Shown here piece by piece: positions 9,361 to 18,628 of a stretch of DNA of 64,000 nt (within the stretch, counting starts at the first letter, position 1; each line of letters opens with the position of its first letter). This stretch comes from Alphaproteobacteria bacterium. Lineage in GTDB: Bacteria; Pseudomonadota; Alphaproteobacteria; SHVP01. The stretch lies in assembly GCA_947473325.1 (NCBI GenBank), contig CANJEJ010000003.1:9372-73371 (forward strand), written 5' to 3'. The notes beneath the pieces are model-generated. The model made no database searches. It saw nothing but the letters and a program-made list of their open reading frames with translations, and had not been told where the DNA came from. The translations under genes and the position numbers were made by a program.

Positions 9361-10914
9361 ATGACGACAACCATTTTCGCTCGGCGTTGGGGCGCCGCTG
9401 CGCTGGCTGCCGCCGCGCTGATGGCCGGGGCGATCGCGCCCGCCACGGCAGCGACCCAAGACAAGACACTTCGCCTCGCGGTGAACCAGTTCCCGCTCGC
9501 GCTGGGCAATCCCTATCGCGGGTCCGGGTCGCCTGGCACCTATCATTGGGCCGCCGTGTTCGACGCCCCCATCTGGGTGGATGAAACGGGCAAGCCGACA
9601 CCGGCCCTCGCCGCGCGCTGGCAGAACACCAGCCCGACGACGTGGCGCGTGTGGCTGAAGCCCAACGTCACCTTTTCCAACGGCGAGCCGGTGAATGCCG
9701 ATGCCGTGATCGCCAACCGCCAGTGGCTGGCAAGCGAAGAAGGCAAGGTGCAAGGCAACTCGGCCGAGCAGATCATTCGCAGCCTCGCGGAGTTCACCAA
9801 GGTCGACAACCTGACCTTCGACGTGCGCACCGAGAAGCCTGATCCCGTCATGCCGGCGCGGCTTGCCGGCCTCTATATGGTCCCGCCGAAATATTTCAAG
9901 GAAGCGGGTGTCACCGGCTTCACGCGCAAGCCGATTGGCACCGGCCCCTATGTCCATCAGGACTGGGGCGCCGACAACCTCGCGAAGCTTGAAGCATGGG
10001 AAGGCTCGTGGCGGCCGCCCAAGATCCGCCGCCTGGAAATGTTCAAGCTGGAGGAACGCGCGGCGCGCCTGCAAGCCTTCCTGTCAAAGCAGGTCGACAT
10101 CATGCAGGGCGTCAACCCGGAGAACTTCCCGCAAATCGAAGCCGCGGGCGGCCTGATCGACATCGCGGGTTCGCCGCAGACGGTGTCAATGGCGCTGTTC
10201 ACCCAGGGCGTGACCGCGGATTTGAAGCCGATCCAGGATCGCCGCGTGCGGCTGGCCCTGAACCATGCGATCGACACCAAGGCCTATGTCGACGCCTATC
10301 TTCGCGGCTTTGGCGGCAAGCCGAGTGGCACGCATATCCCGTCGACCGCGCAGGGCTATCACGCCCTGTCGCCGCACGGCTATGACCTGAACAAAGCCAA
10401 GGCGCTGATGGCGGAGGCGGGCTACCCGAACGGCGGCTTCGAGCTGCTGATCGAAGGTGTGATCGGCGGCCAGCCCGCGGATTCGGAAATCTATCAGCAG
10501 GTGTCGCAGGACATCGGCAAGCTGGGCGTGAAGGTGAACGTGCGCCAGACGGCCTTTGCCGACTATATCCGCAAGCTGCTGCAGACCCAGTGGGAAGGCC
10601 AGGGCTATGTGGCGATCAATGCGGTTTCGCCGCTGAATGACGCGATCCAGGGCATGTTCTACCAGAGCTGCCTGAACCCGAAGCCCTACTACTGCGACAA
10701 GGACCTGGAACCGCTGTTCGCCCAGGTTGCTGTCGAGTTCGACATGAAGAAGCGCAACGATGCGCTGGCCAAGATCCAGGAAAAGTACAAGTCCGAGGCC
10801 GCGCACATCATGTTGCACGAGATCGTCGACCTGACCGCCGTGCAACGCAACGTGAAGAACTTCAAGAACCGCGTGCGCACCTTCAACTACGAGGACATCG
10901 AGTTCGCCAACTGA
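9361..10914 (+). CDS. ABC transporter substrate-binding protein, family 5 (Dpp/Opp-like), orphan
   Basis: Signal peptide, LKPNVTFSNGEP, PIGTGPY, DRRVRLALNHAID, AKALMAEAGY. Confidence 0.9.
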   Translation: MTTTIFARRWGAAALAAAALMAGAIAPATAATQDKTLRLAVNQFPLALGNPYRGSGSPGTYHWAAVFDAPIWVDETGKPTPALAARWQNTSPTTWRVWLKPNVTFSNGEPVNADAVIANRQWLASEEGKVQGNSAEQIIRSLAEFTKVDNLTFDVRTEKPDPVMPARLAGLYMVPPKYFKEAGVTGFTRKPIGTGPYVHQDWGADNLAKLEAWEGSWRPPKIRRLEMFKLEERAARLQAFLSKQVDIMQGVNPENFPQIEAAGGLIDIAGSPQTVSMALFTQGVTADLKPIQDRRVRLALNHAIDTKAYVDAYLRGFGGKPSGTHIPSTAQGYHALSPHGYDLNKAKALMAEAGYPNGGFELLIEGVIGGQPADSEIYQQVSQDIGKLGVKVNVRQTAFADYIRKLLQTQWEGQGYVAINAVSPLNDAIQGMFYQSCLNPKPYYCDKDLEPLFAQVAVEFDMKKRNDALAKIQEKYKSEAAHIMLHEIVDLTAVQRNVKNFKNRVRTFNYEDIEFAN

Positions 10915-10934
10915 GGCGACCTCGCAGAAACAAG

Positions 10935-10966
10935 ACCCCCGCCGGCGACGGCGGGGGTTTTTCTTT
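10935..10966. terminator. rho-independent terminator between convergent genes
   Basis: ACCCCCGCCG-GCGA-CGGCGGGGGT followed by TTTTCTTT. Confidence 0.85.
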
Positions 10967-10970
10967 GCTT

Positions 10971-11831
10971 TCAGTAAGGCGTATGGCCCGCGTCCTCACG
11001 CGCCAGCGCACGCAGGTGTTCCGGCAGGATCGGCTTGTAGGCCGGCATGTCGAGCGGCCGCGGACGGATCTCGTCGACATAGGTGGTCGAGAACGGCCCG
11101 CCTCGCGTGCGGAAGAAGGCCCGGAAACCCGTGAGTGATGCGCCTGGCCCGTGCAGGAGGCCGGCGGGCCGCCAGAAATAGGCGCCGGCGCGCATCGGCC
11201 CCTGCGGCCAGCGCAACTCGCCGTCCAGCAGATACATTTCCTCGACGCAGTCGGGATGGTGTTCGAGATGGCCGGTCTTCGGCAGGTTCTCGCGCGTATC
11301 CGCTCCCTTGGTCAGGATCCAGCTGCGCTCGCCCGTGTAGGGATCCTCGCGCAGTCGCTTGATGCCGATTTCGCTGCCGGCAAGCTTGTGCTCGAAGCCA
11401 TAGTCATAGGACAGCGACTCGCTGTCGGCGACGACCAGCCGTGCTGCATCGTGACGGCCGTCCAGGCCCACGATCCGTTTCTGCGGTCCTTCGAAAAAGG
11501 TCAGCACCACCGCGCCGTCCGGCGACGCCATGCCGGCGCGGGGAAAGCCCACCGGCAGGAAGCCATAGCCGCGCCGCCCGAAGATGCGGTCGCCGATGCG
11601 CAGGCTTCCGTCAAGCACGAGGAACTCCTCGTCGCCGGGCAGCGTATGCGATTCACCCAGCGTCCAGCCGCGCGGATATCGGATCAGCATCGAGCAGGCG
11701 CCGTTTTCCGGTACCGCTGTCTCCGCACTGAGAATGCGGATGTCGGCGCCCGGGCGCGCACCGCCTGGTGCCGACGCCTGCCAGGGCAGCACCTGAGCCT
11801 GGATGTATTCGATGTGCGGGCGTTCGCCCAT
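10971..11831 (-). CDS. bicupin protein (DUF4437/ChrR-like), paralog 2
   Basis: Two cupin halves: DEEFLVLDG and HHPDCVEEMYLLDG...GAYFWRPAGLLHGP. Confidence 0.75.
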   Translation of the reverse strand: MGERPHIEYIQAQVLPWQASAPGGARPGADIRILSAETAVPENGACSMLIRYPRGWTLGESHTLPGDEEFLVLDGSLRIGDRIFGRRGYGFLPVGFPRAGMASPDGAVVLTFFEGPQKRIVGLDGRHDAARLVVADSESLSYDYGFEHKLAGSEIGIKRLREDPYTGERSWILTKGADTRENLPKTGHLEHHPDCVEEMYLLDGELRWPQGPMRAGAYFWRPAGLLHGPGASLTGFRAFFRTRGGPFSTTYVDEIRPRPLDMPAYKPILPEHLRALAREDAGHTPY

Positions 11832-11833
11832 CG

Positions 11834-12679
11834 TCAATAGGCCTGCCCGGCGGGCACGGGCGCATCCTTGTATTTCTGGAGGTCGGGCGGCAGCACCGGC
11901 TGGTAGGGCGCGTCCCACTGGATGGTTTCGGTGTGGCTCGTCCAGTTGGTGCTGAAGGGCCCTTCCTTGCAGCGGAAGAACGCCGTGCAGCCGGGCTTCG
12001 AGGCGATTGGACCGTGCTGGATTCCGCCGGGGCGCCAGAAATAGGCCCCTTGCCGCAGCACGCCCCAGGGCATGGAGATGGCGCCATCGAGCAGCAGCAT
12101 CTCCTCGACGAAGGGATGCGTCTCGAGCGGCGCCGCCTTGAGGTCCGGGCTCGACGTGCCCATGCGCAGGATCCAGGTCCGCTCGCCCGAGTCGGGATCC
12201 AGCCGCAGCACCAGCTTGGCAAGCCCGCTGCCCACCACCTTGGGATCGACGCCCGCGACATCCCAGGCCGCCGTTTTCGTGTCGACCTTCTCCACCAGCT
12301 TGCGCTTGTCATAGCCCGCGCCGCCGTCGAAATGGTTGTCGTGCTTGTGGGGGAAGAAGGTAAGCACGTCGGCGCCCTTGCTCACGCGCATGGGGCCGCG
12401 CGGAAAATCCTTGGGCAGGAAGGCATAGGCGCCCTCGCCATAGACCGTGTCGCCGATACTGACCTCGCCCTTCAGAACGTAGAACTCTTCGTCCGAGTCG
12501 AGGCGGTGCGGACGATCGATGGCAAAGCCGGCGGGGTAGCGCAGGATGACGCTGACGGCGCCTGCCTCGGCATCACGGCTGAGAATCTTGCAGTCTGCCC
12601 CCGGACGCGCCGCCGTGCCGGGCAAGGTGAACCACGGCAGGACCTGGGACTGCAGGAATTCGATATGGGGCCGTGCCAT
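11834..12679 (-). CDS. bicupin protein (DUF4437/ChrR-like), paralog 1
   Basis: RPHIEFLQSQVLPW, DEEFYVLKG, ETHPFVEEMLLLDG...GAYFWRPGGIQHGP. Confidence 0.75.
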   Translation of the reverse strand: MARPHIEFLQSQVLPWFTLPGTAARPGADCKILSRDAEAGAVSVILRYPAGFAIDRPHRLDSDEEFYVLKGEVSIGDTVYGEGAYAFLPKDFPRGPMRVSKGADVLTFFPHKHDNHFDGGAGYDKRKLVEKVDTKTAAWDVAGVDPKVVGSGLAKLVLRLDPDSGERTWILRMGTSSPDLKAAPLETHPFVEEMLLLDGAISMPWGVLRQGAYFWRPGGIQHGPIASKPGCTAFFRCKEGPFSTNWTSHTETIQWDAPYQPVLPPDLQKYKDAPVPAGQAY

Positions 12680-12810
12680 GGGGAACCTCGCCTGTCTGTG
12701 GTGCCCGAGTATGGGCACGGCTTTTTTTCATGTCCACGCGACGGATGCACGCCCGGGGCGGCGTGTAGGGATTCAGGAAGGCCGTTACGCTTCTCTCAGG
12801 AGTTCATTTC

Positions 12811-13308
12811 ATGTCGTTTTCACGCATTTTGACCGCTGGTGCCGTTGTTTCCGCCCTCGCCCTGGGTGCCGGCGCCACCCTGGCCCAGACCGCCCCGGCC
12901 CCCACGGCACCGCCGCCGCCCGCCGCCGGAATGGGTCCGCATGGCCATGGCCACCGCGCCCAGAGCTTCGTCGAGCTGTTCGACACCAACAAGGACGGCA
13001 AGGCCTCGACCGACGAGATCATGGCCGAGCACACCCGCCTGTTCGGCGCCTCGGACGTCGACAAGGACGGCAGCCTGTCGGTGGATGAATTCCGCCGCCG
13101 TGGCCGCTTGATCCAGAGCCTCGGGACCACCACCATCTTTGACATGCTCGATGCCAATGGCGACGGCAAGATCTCGCAGGCCGAACTCGACGCGCCAACC
13201 AAGCGCTGGGTGGCCCGCTATGATGCCAACAAGGATGGCGCCATGGGCGTGGATGAACTGCCTGGCCGTGATCACGGCCAGGGTGGCCCGCGCCACGGTC
13301 GCCGCTAG
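12811..13308 (+). CDS. secreted 4-EF-hand calcium-binding protein
   Basis: Signal peptide; loops DTNKDGKASTDE, DVDKDGSLSVDE, DANGDGKISQAE, DANKDGAMGVDE. Confidence 0.88.
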   Translation: MSFSRILTAGAVVSALALGAGATLAQTAPAPTAPPPPAAGMGPHGHGHRAQSFVELFDTNKDGKASTDEIMAEHTRLFGASDVDKDGSLSVDEFRRRGRLIQSLGTTTIFDMLDANGDGKISQAELDAPTKRWVARYDANKDGAMGVDELPGRDHGQGGPRHGRR

Positions 13309-13327
13309 GACCTGAAGCCCCTGCTGC

Positions 13328-13939
13328 ATGCCACGCCATGAACCGCCGCCGGACATATCCCCCACCGCCTCTGCGGCGACTGGTGATTCCGATGACGATC
13401 TCGTGCGCGGCATTGCGGCAGGGAATCAGGCCGCCTGGGGCGTCCTGCTGGCCCGCTACCTCGACCGGATCACCGGTTATGCGTGGCACATGCTGAGGGA
13501 CCACGCCGAGGCAGAGGACGTGGCGCAGGAGACCTTCATGCGCCTGATGAACAAGGCCGCCACCTGGCAGCCGGGGGGCGCCAAGCTGTCGACCTGGCTT
13601 TACCGCGTGGCGATCAACCAGTGCATCGACCGCCGCCGCGCCAAACGGCCCGAATCGATTGAAACCGTGCCGGATTTCGCCGCCGAAGGCGGGGATGAGA
13701 ACGATCTGGGCCGCCGCCTGGACCTGACGAACAAGGTGCGCCGCGCGCTGGATACCCTGCCGGAGCGGCAGCTGGAGGCGATTGCGCTGGTGCACTACCA
13801 GGGCATGAGCAACATTGAGGCGGCCGGCCTGCTTGAAGTGAGCGTCGATGCGCTCGAGTCGCTGCTCGCCCGCGCGCGCCGCGCGCTCCGAGCCGAGTTG
13901 TCGCCGGTGGCCGCCGACCTGCTGGAAGAATGGTCATGA
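13328..13939 (+). CDS. ECF RNA polymerase sigma-70 factor
   Basis: AEDVAQETF, TWLYRVAINQCID, region 4 LPERQ...SNIEAA...ESLLARARR. Confidence 0.92.
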   Translation: MPRHEPPPDISPTASAATGDSDDDLVRGIAAGNQAAWGVLLARYLDRITGYAWHMLRDHAEAEDVAQETFMRLMNKAATWQPGGAKLSTWLYRVAINQCIDRRRAKRPESIETVPDFAAEGGDENDLGRRLDLTNKVRRALDTLPERQLEAIALVHYQGMSNIEAAGLLEVSVDALESLLARARRALRAELSPVAADLLEEWS

Positions 13940-14391
13940 CGCAGAACCCAGACATGGATCTCGCCCGTTTTGCCGCCCTGACGGACGCCTATGGCGCCGC
14001 GCCGGGCCAGTGGCCGGCGGGCGAGCGGGCGAACGCCGAAGCCTTCCTGGCGCGTTCCGCCGACGCCCGCCGGCTGCAAGACGAGGCCGCGCAGCTGGAC
14101 ACCGTCCTGTCACGTGTGAGCGCGCCGGCAGCCAGCGATGCGCTGCAGAACCGGCTAATAGCCGTGATGGCGCAGAAACATGGCCCGCGCCCCGGCATTC
14201 TGATGTGGATCGCCTCGCATCCCATCGCGCGGCCGATCATGCTGACGGCGATGGCCGTGCTCGGGCTCTATCTCGGGATGGCGTCCGGTCCGATGACCGC
14301 CGAAGCCGAAGACGACGCCGTGGAATTCGAAGTGGTGGCCGGCGGCGCGGCCCCCGGTGGTATCGTGGACTTCCTGGAGATGAGCGAATGA
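13936..14391 (+). CDS. putative single-TM anti-sigma factor
   Basis: ATGA-coupled to ECF gene; DAYGA...WP N-terminal motif, one hydrophobic segment. Confidence 0.7.
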   Translation: MTQNPDMDLARFAALTDAYGAAPGQWPAGERANAEAFLARSADARRLQDEAAQLDTVLSRVSAPAASDALQNRLIAVMAQKHGPRPGILMWIASHPIARPIMLTAMAVLGLYLGMASGPMTAEAEDDAVEFEVVAGGAAPGGIVDFLEMSE

Positions 14392-14927
14392 CCACGACCC
14401 CCGCCCCGGACAGCCGCCGCCGCTGGTTCGGCATCGCGCTCTTCGCCTCGCTCGCCGTCAACCTGCTGCTTGTCGGCATTGTGGTCGGCGCGATGATCGG
14501 CGGCCGGCCGCATGGCCTGCCTTTTGGCGGCCCGCCACGCGGTGGCCCCGACGTCGTGCGCGGCGGCAATTTCGGCCAGATGTCGGAACCGACGCGGCAG
14601 CGTGTCAGTGCCGTGATGGAAGCCCGTGGCGATGCCATGCGTACCCGCGTGCGCGCGATGCGCGGCGCCCAGCGTGAAGCCGAACGCGTGCTCTCGGCCG
14701 AACCCTATGACGCCGAGAAGGCCACCGCCGCGCTGCGCGCACTGCGCCAGCGCACGGAGGAACTGCAGGCGGAAATCCATGCGGCGCTGGCCGAGGTGGC
14801 CAAGGACCTGCCGCAGAACGAACGCGCCCGTCTCGGCCGCACCATTTTCCTCAGCACCTTCTACGGCATGCCGCTGGCCGAGCTTTCGCCGCCGCCACGC
14901 CCGCCGCACCGACACCGCCTGGGTTAA
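14388..14927 (+). CDS. periplasmic heavy-metal-sensor (ZraP/CpxP/Spy-like) protein
   Basis: TM anchor SLAVNLLLVG, helical body ending LPQNERARL; ATGA-coupled. Confidence 0.75.
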   Translation: MTTTPAPDSRRRWFGIALFASLAVNLLLVGIVVGAMIGGRPHGLPFGGPPRGGPDVVRGGNFGQMSEPTRQRVSAVMEARGDAMRTRVRAMRGAQREAERVLSAEPYDAEKATAALRALRQRTEELQAEIHAALAEVAKDLPQNERARLGRTIFLSTFYGMPLAELSPPPRPPHRHRLG

Positions 14928-14930
14928 GCT

Positions 14931-16607
14931 ATGCAAATGAAGCGCGCCACTCTCTACGCCGTCGGCGGCGTTGCCCTTGCGGCTGCCATCGGCGCCTTCG
15001 TGCTGGGCGGCGGCAAGTCAGACGCCACGGTGTACAAGTTCGCCGCCGTCGACCGGGGCGATGTGGTCAGCACGATCTCGACCTCGGGCACACTGGGTGC
15101 GGTGGTGCAGGTCGACGTCAGCTCGCAGGTCTCGGGCCAGATCGCGCAGCTTAACGTCGACTTCAACAGCCCGGTGAAGAAGGGTGACGTGATCGCCCGC
15201 CTCGATCCACAGACCTACGAAGCGCGCCTGCGCCAGTCCGATGCGGAGTTAGCGGTTGCGCGCGCCAACCTGACGATGCAGCGCGCCTCGGTGGGCCGCA
15301 CCCAGGCCGACCTGTTAAGCGCCCGCGCCAACCTGGAGAATATCCAGTTTCGTCGCGCCAACGCTGAACGCGAACTCGCCCGCCGCGAAGAGCTTGTCGT
15401 CCGCGGCGTCGGCACCGTGCAGGCACGCGACACCGCCCGCACCGAGCTCGATTCGCTCGGCGCCCAGGCCAATGCCCTGCGGGCGGCGATCGCCGCCGCC
15501 GAGGCCCAGGTGAAGATGGCCGACGCACAGGTCGAGAACGCTGCAGCGGCGGTCCAGCAGCGCGAAGCCACCCTGACGCAGGCAAAGATCGACTTGGAAC
15601 GCACCATCATTCGCGCCCCGGTTGATGGCACCGTCATCAACCGCGCCGTGAATCTGGGGCAGACTGTCGCCGCCAGCCTGAACGCGCCGGTGCTGTTCGT
15701 GATCGCGCAGGACCTGAAGGCGATGCAGGTCGAGGCGGATGTCGACGAGGCGGATATCGGCCGCGTGCGGCCCGGCCTGCCCGTCACCTTCACGGTCGAT
15801 GCCTTTGCCGGCAGAACCTTCCGCGGCAGCGTGCAACAGGTGCGGCAGCTGGCGGAGAAGGTGCAGAACGTCGTCACCTACACCGTCGTGGTTTCTGCCG
15901 ACAACACGAGCGGCGAATTGCTGCCCGGCATGACGGCCAATGTCCAGATCGTGCTCGACCAGCGCAATGCCGTGTTGCGCGTTCCGAACGCGGCCTTGCG
16001 CTTCCGCCCGCCCGGCGCGACTCCCGCCCCGGCATCGGGCGGCGCCATTGCCGGCGGACCACCTGGCGCTGCCGGCGTACCGTCTGGCGCGGGACAACCC
16101 GCCGCGGCGCGTTCGGGCGCCGGCGGTCCTCCGGGTGCGGCGGGACAAGGCGGCGCGGCCCAGGGCGAGCTGGTGAACCGCCTGATCGTCGAGTTGGGCC
16201 TGACCGCTGCGCAGCAGGAACAGCTGCGCGCGATCGGCGCCGAGGCTCGCGAAACCGCACAGCGACTGCGCAGCCAGGGTGCAGGCCGGGAAGAACTGGC
16301 CGCGGAAGCCCAGCGCAGCCGGGCCGCGTTCAATGAACGCCTGCGCGGCATCCTGACCGAGGAACAGAAGATCAAGTTTGCAGCCCTGCAGCAGGACCAG
16401 CGGCCGGGCGCGGGTGGCGGAACCAATGGACGAGTCTGGGTGCTGGACGAGAAAGGTCAGCCCCGGGCCGTGGCCGTGCGCTACGGCGCCACCAACGGAT
16501 CGATGACCGAAATCCTGTCCGGCGAAGTGAAGGAAGGCCAACAGGTAATCGTGGCCGCCACCGCCCCCGCGGCGCGCAACGCCGGGCTGACCGGAATCCG
16601 GTTCTAG
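14931..16607 (+). CDS. efflux periplasmic adaptor subunit (MacA-like) with inserted LTxxQ helical module
   Basis: VDVSSQVSGQI, IRAPVDGTV, GQTVAASLNAPVLF, LLPGMTANV. Confidence 0.9.
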   Translation: MQMKRATLYAVGGVALAAAIGAFVLGGGKSDATVYKFAAVDRGDVVSTISTSGTLGAVVQVDVSSQVSGQIAQLNVDFNSPVKKGDVIARLDPQTYEARLRQSDAELAVARANLTMQRASVGRTQADLLSARANLENIQFRRANAERELARREELVVRGVGTVQARDTARTELDSLGAQANALRAAIAAAEAQVKMADAQVENAAAAVQQREATLTQAKIDLERTIIRAPVDGTVINRAVNLGQTVAASLNAPVLFVIAQDLKAMQVEADVDEADIGRVRPGLPVTFTVDAFAGRTFRGSVQQVRQLAEKVQNVVTYTVVVSADNTSGELLPGMTANVQIVLDQRNAVLRVPNAALRFRPPGATPAPASGGAIAGGPPGAAGVPSGAGQPAAARSGAGGPPGAAGQGGAAQGELVNRLIVELGLTAAQQEQLRAIGAEARETAQRLRSQGAGREELAAEAQRSRAAFNERLRGILTEEQKIKFAALQQDQRPGAGGGTNGRVWVLDEKGQPRAVAVRYGATNGSMTEILSGEVKEGQQVIVAATAPAARNAGLTGIRF

Positions 16608-16616
16608 GCCTTCGTT

Positions 16617-17381
16617 ATGGCCGCCGGCGATGCCCTTATCACGGTCCGCAATCTGACCCGCGAGTATCATCTGGGTGGCGGACTCGTGCGGGCGTTGCGC
16701 GGCGTCTCGCTTCAAATCGGACGCGGGGAGTTTGTTGCCGTGATGGGCCCATCGGGGTCCGGCAAGTCCACCTTCATGAACCTTGTCGGCTGTCTCGACC
16801 GGCCGACGGCGGGCGAATTCCACCTGGATGGCGCGGACATTGCCACGCTCGACAGCGACGCCCTGGCCCGCATCCGGGGCCGCAAGGTCGGCTTCGTGTT
16901 CCAGAGTTTCAACCTGCTCGCCCGCACCAGCGCCATCGAGAATGTCGAGGTGCCGCTGCTCTATGCCAATGTGCCGGCGGCTGAACGCCATGCGCGGGCG
17001 TTGAAGACGCTGGCCGCCGTCGGCCTCGGCGAACGTGGCCACCACCATCCGTCGCAACTGTCGGGCGGTCAGCAGCAGCGCGTCGCCATTGCCCGGGCGC
17101 TTGTCAACGATCCCGTCCTGCTGCTGGCGGACGAACCCACCGGCGCGCTCGACTCGCGCACCGGCGTCGAGATCATGGCGATCTTCCAGGATATGAACCG
17201 GCGCGGCATCACCGTGGTGTTGGTGACGCACGAGCCCGACATCGCCCGCTACGCCGAACGTATCATCAGCTTCCGCGATGGCCTGATCGTCGCCGACGAG
17301 CAGGTGAAGGACCGGCTGGAGGCGAGCGCACAGCTTGCCGCGCTGGACGCCGCCGGCGGCACGATGGAGAGTGCCGCATGA
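16617..17381 (+). CDS. ABC transporter ATP-binding protein (MacB/LolD type)
   Basis: [34 protein letters not shown]. Confidence 0.95.
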   Translation: MAAGDALITVRNLTREYHLGGGLVRALRGVSLQIGRGEFVAVMGPSGSGKSTFMNLVGCLDRPTAGEFHLDGADIATLDSDALARIRGRKVGFVFQSFNLLARTSAIENVEVPLLYANVPAAERHARALKTLAAVGLGERGHHHPSQLSGGQQQRVAIARALVNDPVLLLADEPTGALDSRTGVEIMAIFQDMNRRGITVVLVTHEPDIARYAERIISFRDGLIVADEQVKDRLEASAQLAALDAAGGTMESAA

Positions 17382-18613
17382 ACCTGATGATGACCTTCGC
17401 CGTGGCGCTGCGGGCCTTGCGCGTCAATGCACTGCGCAGCGTTCTGACCATGCTCGGCATCATCATCGGCGTGGCGGCCGTTATCACGACGGTAGCGATC
17501 GGCGCCGGCGCGCAGGATCGCGTTTCCGCCCAGATCGCCAACCTTGGCACCAACATCATCACCGTCTTCAACGGTTCGACCAATCAGGGGGGCGTGCAGC
17601 AGGGCAGCGGCACGCAGATCTCGCTGTCGCTTGGCGACGCCGCCGCGATCAACGCGGAAGTTCCCGGCATCGCCGCAGTGGCACCCACCATCCGCAGCAC
17701 CGTCCAGGTGGTGGCCGGCAACCTCAACTGGTCGGCCCCCACTCTCGGCACCTCCGCCGGTTTCTTCACTGCCCGCAGCTGGGATGTCGAGCAGGGCCGC
17801 CTGTTCACGGAAGACGAGGCGCGCCGCGCCGGCAAGGTCGTCGTGCTGGGCGTGACTGTCGCCGCCAATCTGTTTCCAGACGGGGACGCCATCGGCCAGT
17901 ATGTCCGCCTCGCCCAGGTCCCCTTCGAGGTGATCGGCATCCTGCAGAAGAAGGGGCAGAATTCCTTCGGCCAGGATCAGGACGACATTGCCGTCATTCC
18001 CATCGAGACGGCCAAGACCCGCGTTTCCGGCCGGCTGTCGCGCGGCCGCCCGGATGCCGTGCAGCAGATCATGATCAAGGTCGACGATGGCGCGGACATG
18101 AAACAGGTGGAGGCGGACCTGTCTGAGCTGCTGCGCCAGCGGCATCGCATCCAGCCCAACCAGCCCGACGATTTTGTCATCCGCAACCTGTCGGAACTGC
18201 TCGCGACGCGCGAGGCGAGCCAGCGCATCCTGTCGCTGCTGCTGCTTGCAGTGGCCGCCGTGTCGCTGGTGGTGGGTGGCATCGGCATCATGAACATCAT
18301 GCTGGTGTCGGTGACCGAGCGGACGCGCGAGATTGGCCTGCGCATGGCTGTGGGCGCGCGGCGCAAGGACATCCTGGTGCAATTCCTGGTCGAAGCTGTG
18401 ACCCTGTCGCTGATCGGCGGCGCCGTCGGCATCGCCATCGGCCTGGCCGCCTCGGCCATCATCGCCCATTTCGCCGGCTGGCCGACGCTGGTGAAGCCCG
18501 ATTCGCTGATCCTGTCCTTCGTCTTCGCCGGCGCGGTCGGCGTGTTCTTCGGCTTCTACCCCGCACGCAAGGCCGCCCGTCTCGACCCCATCGTGGCGCT
18601 CCGCTACGAATGA
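17378..18613 (+). CDS. ABC transporter permease (MacB type)
   Basis: [58 protein letters not shown]. Confidence 0.95.
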   Translation: MNLMMTFAVALRALRVNALRSVLTMLGIIIGVAAVITTVAIGAGAQDRVSAQIANLGTNIITVFNGSTNQGGVQQGSGTQISLSLGDAAAINAEVPGIAAVAPTIRSTVQVVAGNLNWSAPTLGTSAGFFTARSWDVEQGRLFTEDEARRAGKVVVLGVTVAANLFPDGDAIGQYVRLAQVPFEVIGILQKKGQNSFGQDQDDIAVIPIETAKTRVSGRLSRGRPDAVQQIMIKVDDGADMKQVEADLSELLRQRHRIQPNQPDDFVIRNLSELLATREASQRILSLLLLAVAAVSLVVGGIGIMNIMLVSVTERTREIGLRMAVGARRKDILVQFLVEAVTLSLIGGAVGIAIGLAASAIIAHFAGWPTLVKPDSLILSFVFAGAVGVFFGFYPARKAARLDPIVALRYE

Positions 18614-18628
18614 ATCGTGAGCCGGTTG

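Noticed and set aside
12811..13308. Lanmodulin assignment
   Set aside because: EF loops lack the Pro at position 2 that characterises lanmodulin; no xoxF or lanthanide-uptake genes nearby
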